From Chlorokybus atmophyticus (Eukaryota > Plantae > Mesostigma and Chlorokybus algae), in assembly GCA_009103225.1 (NCBI GenBank), contig RHPI01000773.1, positions 517,990 through 581,989 on the forward strand: a DNA stretch of 64,000 bases. The letters are read 5' to 3'. Shown one piece after another: positions 24,372 through 37,700 of this stretch (within the stretch, counting starts at the first letter, position 1; every line of letters begins with the position of its first letter). The notes beneath the pieces are model-generated. The model made no database searches. It was given only the letters and a program-made list of their open reading frames with translations, and was not told the DNA's origin. The position numbers were made by a program, and so were the translations under genes.

Positions 24372-27300
24372 TTAACTATCATTAAGAAAAGCAGTTCCAT
24401 CCTGCTCAAGCCTAACAACGTACTTGTTAGGGTGAAGCTCTTGCAGATTAATTACACAGTCTTTGCTGAGGTGGACGCGTCCGGGCCTACCGGAGCTCTC
24501 CATCTTATTGGCTATCTGCACGGTCTCCCCCCACACTTCATAACGTAGAGCTGCTGTGCCCACCACTCCTGCAACAACGGGGCCTGAGTGCAGGCCAATG
24601 CGCATGGCAATGTCATGGAGCTTGGCTTGGCGGGGCGGGGAGACGGCGTGGGCGTTGGCGGCAACGAGGAGGTCATCACGCAGGGCGGTGATGGCGTGGA
24701 GCATGGAGCGCGCCATTTCGACGGCAGCGGCGGTGTGGGCACCATCACGGGTGGGGACACCCGCCACGCACACGTAGGCATCCCCGATGATGTTGACCTT
24801 ATACACGCGGTGTTTGTCGCAGAGGCTGTCGAATGTGGTGTAGAGGCGGTTGAGGAATACCACGAGGCGGTGTGCACCCAGTGCCATCGAGAGGGGGGTG
24901 AAGCCCACCATGTCGCTGAACAAGCATGTGGTCTCGCTGTAGTGGTCCACTATGCTGCGCATGCCCCGCTTCAGCAGCATGCCTATCTGAGGCGGTACAA
25001 GATCGTGAATGAGGTTGGAAGACATACGGTTCTGCTTCACCAACTCCTTCTGCAGCAGGAAGTGGCCCCGCATCCTGCACTCCTGCTCCCTTACCTGCGC
25101 GAGAGTGTGAGAGACGTGCGGGGTGAACATGCACACACGCGCAACATACACATACACGCAGTACTCACTGAAGCCATGAGAAACAGAAACTCGATGGCGT
25201 GGGAGACGATGCCCGCGGCAACGTGCGCATTGTCGTTGGGTTCGCTGTCGCTGTTGGTGTGGCCACGATGTCGGGTCGTGAGGACGGCCAGGAGGCCGCC
25301 GAAGAATGCGACAGCGCAGACGGCGGCGGCGGTGGCGTGGACGAAGGTGAGGCCACACGCGAGCATGACAACGGGGAGCGTGATGGTCATGGTCATGATC
25401 ACCTCCTCATTGACGCTGGCGTAGCCCTCGTTGCGCATGGCCGCCAGCGCCATCACCACCGCGCTGCCCGCCACCGCCAGCCCCGTCATCAGCCGCTGCT
25501 GCGTGAGGGCACGCACTCTGCGCCTTGGTGAGAACGAAGCCACCGACATGTACACGAGCGCAGCGAGGGCTAGCGAGGTGTATATCAGCCGCATGGAGAA
25601 CGCCACGGCGAGCCACGAGTCGGGGCGGTGCTGCAGTATGTCAAAGAGCGTGTAGGGGAGAAGGGTGCTGCAATAGAGCCCAACCACCACTTGCATCTGC
25701 GCGTAGTGTTGTGAGTCGCACAAGCTGCAGGTTTTGTCGCATTTGCTTCTGGCGCGTGCGTGTATACCTGGCGGAGGGAGGCCTTGTCGCTGTCACGTTC
25801 ATATTGAGTTTCCAGCTCGGCGCTGCACATGACACACAACCCTTCTCAAATTGCGATGTAGAACAACTTGTGCCGCGGCACCGACGTCCACACCGACAAT
25901 ACGAGCACGCACACGCACACACGCGTGTACACACGTAATTCATGCATACACACGCAAGCAAGCGCCGAACCAAGCGATTGCAAGCTGGCTGCATGCCTTT
26001 TGAAGCGCAGAGTGATGGGGTGCCACTGCGTGACGTGAGAAGCAGGGGAGGCGCTCGGGTTTGCTGCCGTGGCGGTGGTGCTGACCGCCTCAAGCAGCGT
26101 TGGCAGTGTCTTCGGCCGCTGTGTCGCCTGCCCGTTGTGCTGGCTGCCGCCGGAAAAGGACCAGCCGCTGCCGCTCGGATGCAACAACTTCTCCCTCAGC
26201 AGCGTCGGCAGCGAATGCCACCACCAATGCTGCAAGGGGCTATCAGTGACTCGCAACCAACACCAGTCGGTCATGCACATAGAGTTAAGTGAGCAGTTTG
26301 GAACTTGAAAGAGTGTGATCAATGTGCAAACGGTTTGTCCTCACATGTTTGGGTTCGCATTTGTCGTCCGCGGCATTGCGATCCACCTTTCCTGTCGTTC
26401 CCATTGTCCTGGGCAGCAGCATGTTAATGAAGTCTAACGACATGCTCGTCCTCCTTCTGCCACCCGGGCTGGGTCCTTTGTTGTCTTTGCTGTCACTCGC
26501 CAAGCCCTCCGTGCGCTGCAGTCGAGAATGCATGAACACTAAGTAACTGGGGAGACAGTATTTTGTAGTACATGTTGGTACCTTTGCGGATGGCTTTGTT
26601 GAAGCAGAGGGCGACGGAGGGAACGGGGACACGGCGGCAGCGAGCAACGGTCGAGAAGGAGGGTAATGCTGATTGTCATGCTGACTGTGATGCTGGTTGT
26701 GATGGGGGTTGTCACGTTGGGTGTCGCTGGTTCCGCACAGCAGCAGCCGCGCCACACTCCGCACAGTAGCCGACATCTTGTTGTTGACCTTGTGATTGAT
26801 GTGATTGTCACGGGAGCCGCGTGCTTCGTTGCTCCACTTGCGGCCAAGTTGCCGATCCGCCTGAGTTTGTGTTTTCGTCAGTCAGTGAGATGTACTTGTG
26901 TGCTGACGTATTCACGTACTCTTGTGCCTGTCCCGCACACCTCATCTTGAAGCCGCTTAAAGCTGGCGTGGTGGTACAGTTGGGAGTCGTCCACATCGTG
27001 CTCCAGGAAGAAGGTCTCCATGGGTCCCTTGCCCTTGATCTCCATCACGCCCCTGCTGGAGACAGCAAAGCCACTACCCTGTCCAACGCACACGCACAAG
27101 TACGCATTCACATCAACGCGGAGGATTGTGCACAACGTGCTGCCTCTCTTCGTGGGTAACGACAATGACACTCACCTCTAGCAGATCTTTCGTCACCCCC
27201 GACATGTGGACTTTGCCCGGCAACCCGTGACTGCGTGTACAACCATGCATACTCAGCAACACAATCACGATGCATGTAACCATTCCTCACAGCAATGTAC

Positions 27301-29911
27301 CTGCACATTCTGCTGGCTGTGTTGACAGTGTCTCCTGCACACCAAGCCAACAACAACACAGTGCGTGAGCACCGCTGCTTGCAGTATCTCTGCAAGCGCG
27401 CGTGATGTTGGGTTACTGACCAAAGGCGCGATAGTGGAGTCTTTTGGCGCCGATGATGCCCGCGACGATGGGGCCAGAGTGGAGTCCCACTTTGAGTGCG
27501 AGTGGTATGTCGTGGACTTTGTTGGTTTTGACGGATTCTAGCAGCATCTGCACGCGTATAAGGTCCCGCGCCAGCGCCGCCGCCCTGCGCGCATACTCGC
27601 GTCCGTCGTCGCTGTTGTCGTCGCCGTCAAGCAAACCCGCCCCCGCCAGGTACGTGTCGCCCACCGTCTCGATCTTGTACACGCTGTGGCTGAAACGCGC
27701 GCACACACATACGCCATGTGACATAGTGTCGCTGGTGGTGTTTGCAGCCAGCAATAGTGTGTGCACACATGTATCACTGGATGCGTGCGTGCGTGCACGT
27801 GTGCAAGTGTATACGCATGAGCGCCCGCATCAGCGTATGCGTGCACCTGTCCGTGTTCATATAGACTGATTGACCAGCTGTAATGTTGCTTACTGGGCGC
27901 AGAGGGAGTCAAACTCGGAGAAGACGCCATTGAGGAAGTTGATTAGGCGCTTGGCGGGTGTGCTGGCCACAAGGTTGGCGAAGCCTTGCAGTGAGACAAA
28001 CATGATGGTGACGTTGCAGTACTTGTCGGCAATGAGGCTGCCGGGATTGGCTTCAAGGGCGCGGATGATGCGCTGCGGCAGCATCTGCGTGAGCAGATCC
28101 TGCGCGCGCACCCGCTCGCTATCTACCTCCTTCGCCAACAGAAACCTGCGAGGATGTGTATGTGTGTGCGTGTGCGTCCGCAAGTGTGTGTTCGTGAGGG
28201 AATACCACGTATGCGCATCACTGCGGCATGTACATTGTGAAAATGTGTTTTGATAAGCATGCAAACACAAAGCTTTGCGAGACGGCAGCAACTGACCTTT
28301 TGCGTTCGGTGTGTTCCCGATTGTACGACGCAAAGAGGTGCAGGAACATATTGAGAAATATGTACATGTTCATGCGCGTGAGCTCCTGCTTCTCTGCGGA
28401 TGTGGCGGGCGGGGTGGCCGCATACGCAACACTGTTAAACGTGATGAAGCCTGCTACAGCCACAGCGTAGCGGACACCACTTAACTCTACTAGATGATAC
28501 ACAAAACTAAAAGCTATAAGCAGCGCTATTTTCTGATCGAACGGGCGCCACAGCGGCCGGGAATTCGGCCCGCTTGCAGCCCAACTCAACATGAAACCCA
28601 CACCCACCACGACAGTTAACGCCACGGGCACGGTTAAAGTCAACAACCAACTCGTTGTGTGTGTGTGCTTCCTAAGTGCTCCCCTGTTTAAGTATCGCAC
28701 GCAAGCCCACCAGCCGGCGAGCAGCAATGCCATGAGTGATGCCAGCGCCACCCACCAGGCTGGTGAGGTGATGGCCGCCAGACCCGCTACGCCCGCGTGG
28801 CACGCAAACCCCAACACAACAAGTGTTATTGCCAGGAGGAACGCACGCACCAAGTCCTGTGTGGGTGGGTGGGTGGGTGGGTGGGCGTGCGTGCGTGCGC
28901 ATGTCTAGAAGATATGTGGGTGCATGAACTAATTGATAGTTGAGTGAGATGGTTGTGCAAGTTGAGCACGACACAACATGTACTGCTATAATACTAGCGT
29001 ATGTGCACCTTAGCGGCGTGCGGTGCGAGGTGTGTGCGGAACTCAGCCTCGAGTTGCGGGCTGCGGAACTGCAGGTAGGGTCTAAAGCGTCGCAGCGCCT
29101 TCTCCCTCCTCTGCGCCACCAACCTACCAAATGCTTGCACGGCGGCTGCGAGGGCCCCCGCGCGCACCCAACGCTGCGCCGCGGGACTTGCGCCACGCGA
29201 GGCCGCCACCGCACCGCACTTGACGGCGAGCACCGCCACGGCCGACTGCGTGCGTGCACACACTCTCATCCAATGCTGCTATGTTGGCATGTTGTGCTCG
29301 AAGCCTTGAACTGGTATGCAAACCCACGCATGCACGCAGGTGTGCATACTTGTACACAACAACAGCACGCATGTCTGCTAGTTACAGTTGCCAACATTTG
29401 TTGCGAGTGTGTCAGCGCGGCATAGAGCCAGTATGCATTACCATGATCCTGGCATGGTCTGAGTTAGCGATCGCATTGCGGCGGGTGTGGCCATGACCAC
29501 GATCGGTAGCAGCAGTAGCATCCCGGACGCTAGGGTCGCTTCCGTCCGACGTTCGCTGACAGAATGCACCACAAGAAAAACGAGTAACCGCCAAAGTCCC
29601 CAACAACTTGCACACAACAGCAGTTCACACGCACCCGGACAGCCAGCTAGCCTGTACTACCCTTGCAATTACAACCTACGGAAACGCAGCAAATACACAC
29701 AGACGCACACCTCAGCGTGCGATGATGTTGTGGCCAATGCTGTTGATGTGGCCAGCCAATTGTCGAGCATTGCAGCATCCCCATTGTTCTCCTGCTGTTC
29801 AGATGGACGCTGCTGGTGGCTGCTTGAATCCTCATTGCTGAACCGAAACGTGTACAGCGCCTCCTCGCTTTCGCCCTCGCCCTGCGTCAAAGGGACATCT
29901 CACACACGCAC

Positions 29912-29943
<32 letters not shown>

Positions 29944-30265
29944 GCGAGAGAGAGAGAGAGAGTGCCAACCTGCGTTGTATATCGGCGCTCGCTTGCGCTG
30001 CCTTCGTCGTCGCCATAGTTGCTGGCGTTGGCGGTGCTAATTGCAAGCTGCACGTCGCTGGGTGTGGCAACGGCGGTGGAGGTGGCGGCGGCGTCAGCAA
30101 CGGCACTTGGCTCAACGTCATCTTTGGAGATCTCCGCACCCATGAGCGATTCGCACAACAGCAGACGCGACACGCTCAGAAGCTTGTCCTGGCTCAACAG
30201 CGCCGCAGCCGCAGCCGCCGCCGGGCTGCGGGGCGTGGAGGGGTGCTAGATGGCGGCAACAACAT
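24372..30265 (-). CDS. Multi-exon membrane class III nucleotide cyclase, TM-C1-TM-C2 architecture (probable guanylyl cyclase); 5' end uncertain
   Basis: C1: VTIMFVSLQGF, YKIETVGDTY, KVGLHSGPIVAGIIG, GDTVNTASRM, IKGKGPMETFFL. C2: LFSDMVGFT, YKVNIIGDAY, RIGLHSGPVVAGVVG, YEVWGETV. Hydrophobic TM exons at 28218..28853 and 25091..25723; short GT..AG introns. Confidence 0.85.
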
Positions 30266-32439
30266 GGCAAGCAGCGACGCTTGGAACACACAGTGAGCCT
30301 ACCAGGCCTACTTATTTTAGGGGTCAAGAGGCTGTAGGCTTTCAACAGCATCTTGGCAACAATCATGGCAAGCGTTGATTTGCAAGGACAAAAGCAGTGA
30401 AACCGCAGCCTTGGCGATCAATCATTTGAAAAGATATCTTACTCGCTGTTTATGGAGGTCGCCAACAGCCCGGCATGGAAACTCGTCGAGGAGCACGCAT
30501 TGCTACGGTTCCGGTTGCAATTGAATCAATGATTGCAACCGACATGATTGGCCTCAAGTGATCTATGAGCATCAGTTTGCTTGGCAAGGCTGGAGTTGGC
30601 TATTGGACTCTGAGGTAGCCTAGCAATGTTAATCAGTGTTTCTATTAGCCAAGCGGCAAGAGCTTCACCTCGCTCATTTGCGTTCTGGCGTAGTACACTA
30701 TTGCACAAACAGCAACTTGACATCTCAAATCAAATTTGACTACAATAATAAATAAAGGTTTGCACTGGTGGGTTGCATGCGGTCAACCTCGGCGTGCCTA
30801 CCATACAGCTTGCTAACATTCCGCACATTTATTGCACGCACTTACTTATGTTACAGCAACGGTTGCCCTTGCTGTCACGTTATTGATTAATTTGTAGGCT
30901 GCTGCTACATGTGTACGTTCAATGTGAGCCGGAATTAAATTAAAAATTGAATTAGCATGATTACGAATAGTTTGCCGGCCCGCTTTTGTTGGGTACAATC
31001 ACAGCTCTATCGGGCTACCGTATGTGCATGCTGTGAGCTATTCATTCACGGCTTGGACACAACAAGTTGTTTTAAAGATGGTGTGGGGTGAACTACAGGA
31101 CATGAATGTCCTGTTGTTCGCCCCAACTTTCCATATGGAGAAGGGCATGTTGAAGGGTACACATGAGAGAAAGCTTAACATGGTAAAAGAGGGGCAACAC
31201 AGGCTTAAAACATAGAAACAATGACGATGACACAATTATGCATGTTGAGGGTGGCGGTGAGAATGGCGCCAAAGGGAGAAGAGCTAACGCATTACGTATG
31301 ACAACAATGCCACATACTAAGAGATTGCAACTAGTTATAATTTGAACTGCTCATTTCTGCTGGTAAGTTTGTACATGTGCAGATGCGATATAAGAACTTG
31401 TAAGATTGGTGCAAAATTGCTTGAATCATAAGCAAGTTGTGTTATATCATTTATTTAGATCTACTTTGACGAGGTCAAATGTACGCTTGAAATCAAATCA
31501 CTGCAACAATAAACTGCGAAACATGTGATAAATGGTTTATCTATAAGCCTATCGAGCGGGTGCAAGCGTGTTTACACTCTGGCTTTGACATCTCACAGCG
31601 CGTGACCCCAAACATATTTAAAGTTAATGTACTTAGAGTAACTTTTTAAGGGATCAATCTAAGGCTCGATGTGCCGGACCAGCAGGTCCACGGGTGCCGC
31701 AAACCAGTCTTGAAACCGAGCTAAAGGATTGGTGTTGGTCCCCCTTTTGGAATGCGCTTTTGTTACAACGGCGGCCACTTACAGCCCTAGCATTGGTCTA
31801 CCGGTCATCTCAATTAAACCAATATTAGCGCAAACTAACATGCCAATTCTTATTGTATTAACAAGACTGATCGGTACTCGAACATTTATTATAATGGTAA
31901 ACTTTAGGGAACATGCTATTTGGCATGCAGAACTTAAAAAACCACATACTTATAAATGAGCATTCCATATGGAGTGTAGATATGTGGAATAACATTGGTT
32001 AAGCTGATTGGCATCATGGTATGAGCTGTATACTCATAGAATATTGCTCGTATGATACGAGCAATATCCAGTGGGTATACAGCTCAAACCTGCCCATTGT
32101 GCAATGGTATTATCAGTCATCTACGCCACAATTCATATGATAAGCGTGCAAATGATTCTGGCATGTGTTTCGCATACATTAATGCTATTGCAAGGCTACT
32201 TGCCTCCAGTATGCCTCAATTGCCATGTGCTTTTCACGCTTACGCACGGGATCATGCTGCGCTAATAGTGATAGCATGACGTTAAACTTGCGGGGGTGCT
32301 ACATTGTTTGCCAATATTCATAATGAGAAGATTTAAACCAGTGGCTTGGATTGTCTAATTGACAACTTAAATAAACGCAAATAAACGCAAATAAATGCGC
32401 GACAAGAGCACGGTGTGAACATGGCATCAAAGAGACCGT

Positions 32440-32820
32440 AAGCACATATATGCATACATATTGAATGAAATATTATATGTACATATGTGTACATATTTGG
32501 ATGTCTGTAAGATATATATTCAATGTGTATGACATATGACATGCCATATTTCACTGTACATGCATCATAAGTATAACCCATATAAACACACACATGTATG
32601 CATAGACACACACAATGTACACTACGATATATATATATATATATATATATTCTTATAAACATATATTACATTAATATACATATGTATATATACATTGCAA
32701 TGTGTATGTATATAAATATATAAATATATGTATGTGATATTTTTATATACATGGGTGCAATTATATGCAATTATGTGTATATGTGTATGGTTATGATTGA
32801 TACTATATATATGTACGTAT
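32440..32820. repeat. AT-rich (TA/CATA) microsatellite-like tract
   Basis: Runs of tatatata and catatatg. Confidence 0.8.
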
Positions 32821-32884
32821 CCACACATACCAAAGTTGTAAGAGTGATATACCAGCTAACAAGGCGCCTAAGGGGGACCTCATG

Positions 32885-33305
32885 TATCTAAAAATCACGT
32901 GTATTAGCGTGATCAATTACACGTTTATTACGTCAACCAATTTAACGAATTACTTTGTATCAATGGTCGTGATGTGTTTGATTTAATGCAGATGACGCGG
33001 CCGCTGGAGGCGCCGTTTAGAAAGTGGATACGGATTGGTATTGTGCGTACGAGGTTTCTGATATGAGGTGTTAATATAGTGCGACGAGGAGGCAAAAAGT
33101 CACGCACCCGGCATGACTGGTCACGCGCGTGTCACATTAAGTGCATTAATGATCAATGTGTAATAACGGTGGTAACGTCTAACGCAGACGACGCGGCCGC
33201 CGGAGGCGCCGTGCAAAAAGTGGACACCGATCGGTATTGTGCATACGAGGTTCTGTATAGGACTTGGGAAATCAAGTCACGCGTTGACGTGACTGATCAC
33301 GCGCC
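32885..33305. repeat. Degenerate ~190-bp tandem repeat (~2.3 copies)
   Basis: aatgcagatgacgcggccgctggaggcgccg...gtattgtgcgtacgaggtt (from 32985) vs aacgcagacgacgcggccgccggaggcgccg...gtattgtgcatacgaggtt (from 33181); aaa(a)gtcacg...gatca motif recurs at 32890, 33094 and 33270. Confidence 0.7.
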
Positions 33306-34089
33306 TAAACCGTCACAAAATGCGAAGACATGAGAAGCCGTCGATCTTCGGGCAGCGACGCGTTAAGCGCCGCCGAGAGAACAAAGGAAACACTGTTAAA
33401 TGCGTGGACTTGAAACTTGCAGTAACGGAAAAAATAATTCTACGGGTTGAAGGGACCTTTTTCAAAATTTTCCGCGTCACATGTGATATGGCCTAGCTCA
33501 AGTTATTGTCGGTCAAAGACTGCCTACTTACACAGGGGCACTTGCTGTACTCCTCCTTATTATCGGATGTTTTGCTGCCCGGCCACAGCACGCCACACAC
33601 GCTATCAATGTGCAACCCGATGGTGGATGATGGTATCTATTCGTATTTGATACCGTGTGACACAGCCCGTTCTAATGGGGCGATACATGATGCATATTGC
33701 ATCGATCATCCGACGAGCATATGTAAACAGTTGCTGCCTTTCGGCAATGTTGCGGACTAACGAGTAGTTGCGCATGTCGGTGGGGCGCAGCGGAGTGCTC
33801 CAAAAATTCGTGTGGCCTTTTTAAGGTCAATGTATGTAAGGCGGGCATTAGGCTGATTGCATGCCATTACTTTGGTTTTTGGCATCGTCTGCTCTGTTAC
33901 TTGCTAATAGACAACCCGAACGTTGCTTGCGGCCACCACATCATGTTAGTCCAAGAAGGCTAAACAACCAGAGTAGTAGCCTTCCATTCGTTTAACTTGC
34001 AGTGTTTCTACGCTAGCACCACCGCTCGTCCTGCTACCAATTAATCAAACGAATTTGTATAGGTGAGTCAACTGTGCATATTTGATTGC

Positions 34090-34750
34090 TAACCTTTCAA
34101 AGTCGTAATGATTCTTTCAAAATTTAGCGTGTTTAAATCAGTCTCTCTTTGTGTTTCATATGACTTCTCATTGCGCATGCTTGCTTTTGAGCATATTAAG
34201 CTCAACCATGTTGGCTTGTTTAAGCTTCGTACAAGCTGTGTCGCTTTCTTCAAACAATCAACACATCCGCAGTTTGGCTTGCCTGTTAATACTCTTAACT
34301 TGAGTTGAACTCATATATCGCAATGTTGAGCTTGCTCCACAACTTGCTGCACGTTCACTTTAGCTTGTGAGTGTGCTCAAATTCTGATTCAATTAGCGCC
34401 TTCAGCTGATTGTGCATGTGCTTATTTCATAGCTATTTTCATAGCTTTGTCCTAATTGTTGCAGCTTGCCTAAACTTCTTACACATTGTTCCTTCCAAAG
34501 TGGTTAATGTGCATGCCATGCAGCAATGCTTACTGTGGATGATGGTATTTTGCATGCCTTTCTCAGCTTGTTCATTGTTTCAAGTATTACTACTTTTTGA
34601 TTGTTTGTTTATACTTCTCACAGCTCACAATGTCTTTAGCTGATTTCGCAAGCTCCTTGTGAAGATCAACTATCTCAATTGAAAAGAAGAAGATGTACAT
34701 CGCAAACTTGTCAAACAAGCTGAGCAGGAAGCATGTTTAGTGCATGTTCG
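34090..34750 (-). pseudogene. Decayed coiled-coil coding remnant
   Basis: Minus-strand translation is rich in E/K/Q/L (LHKELAKSAKDIVSCEKYKQ..., HNQLKALIESEFEH) with many stops. Confidence 0.25.
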
Positions 34751-35664
34751 CTTTACCCAAAAACAATGAGAGCTCCCACTACGTAAAGTGCTTAAGCTCT
34801 GTACTATGGTGTCATGCGCGAGCATGTAGTGTCATGTGCATGGTGCCCTCGGGGCTGGCGGCATGGATGGACCTTGGGATTTCGGCTCTCGTAGCCATTT
34901 TGTAGGGTTTATGTGTTGGGTTTGTTGGGAACTCATGTTTGGGTCCTCATGGACGTGAGGGAGGTGTGTTCGAGGCGTATCCATAGTCAAATACCGAGCT
35001 GACAGCATATTTGAGTCATTATAGTATCCCGCGCAGCTGTTTTGGAGTTGTGACTTTGAGAAGCCATAACTTACAGTTGGAGTGGCGGTTTGGCCGTGGG
35101 TTGGCGTCAAAAGATGCGTCTTGAAGTGTACTTGAAGAGGATAGGCTTGGATAAGCCTCTGCTAACCGTCTGCCGTTACATATCAACGCCATCATGACTG
35201 TTACTATGCTGGTGCAGACTGACAGTTAGGGTAGTTGGAGAGTTGGTTGGGCTTGGGCTCAACGGTGGTATATAAGGCTTTGCTAGCTTGTTTCCTAGTT
35301 TGGTTGGATGCAAGTTGGCCTACTGGAGTGCAAGCAACACCTTTGGGAAGAGGTTCTTGGCTGAGCGGATGCTTGTGCACATGCTTGCATGTATGGTGTG
35401 TGCACGTGTTCGTTGCTGTGCATGAAGGGGTGTGTGTCACTGCTGCGACTTTGATGCACCGTATGGGCTGCCTTAGCATGTACATTGAGTGAGGATTGAG
35501 TTTGGACTGCTCTACACGAGTGAACGGCTGATTGCAAGTCAAGTTGTGGTCATCTTGCCTACCTTTTGCAAGGGGACACGTATTTTTAACTTGCATCCAA
35601 CCGGTCGGCATCGGCGTCGGCGTCGAGTTCTCTCACTCAGCTTGGAGACAAGCTAGAGGAAGGT

Positions 35665-36180
35665 GTGGGGAGTGTAGGAGGGATGTTGGCAAAGCTTCCC
35701 GCCACTCGGCCGGCCTTGAGAGAGAAGATATCGTCAATTGTGGCGATGGTGGACAACCGAGGGGGGCACATCAGCCTGGATGGCTTCGTGCCGGATGTTG
35801 TCTTGGTGGATACAGGTGCCCAACCTGTCATTTTGGGTGCTAGAGCTGTCACAGGGATGGGACTCAGCCCCAAGGAGTGGGAGCCATGCCCGGTCATGAT
35901 CAATACCTCGGCGGGAACCGTAGAGGCCGTGTGCGGCATAATGGTGCAGCCGGTGGACATATGCTTTACTGCGTTGGGAGGTGCTACCACGACCTTCAAG
36001 GTTCGATGCCTCATCACGGATGCGAAGGGGTATGATGTGCTGCTCGGACAAGACTTCTTGTTCCCCGTCGGCGGCGGCGTTGACAATTGGATCGAACAAG
36101 GGTTCTTTCGGCCGCGTTGGCGTGTGGGAGGAGGTGAGAAGGCCTACTTTCCGTTGAGCATCACGCAAGGGGGTGTATAA
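35665..36180 (+). pseudogene. Element A aspartic protease
   Basis: VVLVDTGAQPVILG; in frame with the DNMT ORF across a single TAA. Confidence 0.85.
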
Positions 36181-36216
36181 AGGTCTCCAACATCCGCATC
36201 TGCTGTTTGGGCGTGC

Positions 36217-37500
36217 TTGAGTCGCCGTTCAGTCAAGGGATGGCTTGGTGACAGCACCGACTTGTACTACGACCATGTGGAGGAGGAGGAGAGTGTCTCC
36301 ACGCACAAGGAGGAGGGGAGACCTCCGAAGCTGGTCTATATGGCTCAAACTCAGTCGCAAGAGCTGGAAATGGCTGCACAACACCGTGCTCAGCGGCAAC
36401 AAGAGGCTCGAGACAAGGTTAGCCAAGCATGGATGAAGGATGTGATGGCATTGGAGCCGCCGTTGCTGCTCAAGGGTGTGAGAGTTGTTCATCCGCCTAT
36501 CAACTACAACACCATCGAGTGGAAGGTGCCCGAGGATGGTGTCGTGATGGTGGAGCTGTTTGGTGGCATTGCAAGTGGGCTTGCGGCCGCGTTGAATGCC
36601 GGCATCAAGGTGCGGCGCTACGTCTATGTAGACCCTTCGCCAATGGCACAACAAGGTGCACAACATCATGTGAGGATTTTGTTGAAGAAGTATCCAGATC
36701 TGCTACATGAGGGTGCGGTGAAGGGCTTTCAAAGCACATGGCCGCAAGACATTTGCTTGGTGGGGCCACATCATCTCGCGGCAATCGGCCATGTGGATTT
36801 GCTGGTAGCGGGGTGGGAATGCCAAGGGCATTCACGGGCTGGTCATGGCAAGGGATTGATGGATACACGCTCGTCATTGTTTTGGGAGTTGGTGCGCGTC
36901 ATCAACATGATTCAGCAAGGCCAAGAGCAGCTCATGGCGTACATCATTAAAAACGTACCAGCTGAAGACGACAAGCGCAAGCGCGTGCGAGAGGACTATC
37001 TGTTGGTGAGAAATGTTTTAGGCCATGAGCTGGTCATAGATGCGGTACGGCATGGTTCGCGCGCGCATCGGCTGCGTGTGAAGTGGACAAACCTCGCGCC
37101 TATTGAGGTACTTCGCACGGTGCAGCAAGAGTATAAAAGACCGCAAGGTTTGACAGTCAACCAGGTGCTGGAGCATGGGCGCACAGCACAACAGGTCAGC
37201 AAGGCTGATCGGCCGCCTCAGGAGGTGGTGAACCAGGTTGGGCACGACATGGCGGCGTTGTCGACATTGGTAACATACCCAGGCTCTTATGCATTCCGCA
37301 AGGGAGGGCCAGGGCTGGTGTGGGACTCGCGAAACTGCAGGTTGGAAGAGCCAACACCGGTGAGCGCGAGCGTGCGATGGGGTTTTTTTCCGGTGCCACA
37401 GCGGCGCCAGGGCTGAGTGATCAACAGCGCCGAGTGCTGCTAGGACAAGCCATGGACCAAAATAGCATGGTGTGGCTTATGGTTGTCTGCTTTGGCGGCA
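36217..37500 (+). pseudogene. Element A cytosine-5 DNA methyltransferase domain within pol
   Basis: VELFGGIASG (motif I), LLVAGWECQGHS (motif IV), YIIKNV (motif VI, E>K), RAHRLR (motif VIII), LGQAMDQNSM (motif X, after a frameshift). Confidence 0.88.
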
Positions 37501-37700
37501 CAAGAGTTGGTGGCAAGCATCATGCCGATGTGACAGCAAGCGCGTCGGGAGCCTGCGCCTCTGTCGAGGGGGTGGGAGCATGATGTACAGCATGAGGAGA
37601 GTAAGGGGGTGTCTTTTTCACCTGTGACAGCTGCAAGTGGCAAGAAAGCGGCTGTGGATGGTGCCTTGAAGCAGGAGAAGGCCACCGACCAGACCATGGA

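Noticed and set aside
35109-35120. 10-nt complementarity (AAAGATGCGT) between element A region A and the start of B
   Set aside because: Short, not mirrored in element B or C, compatible with chance
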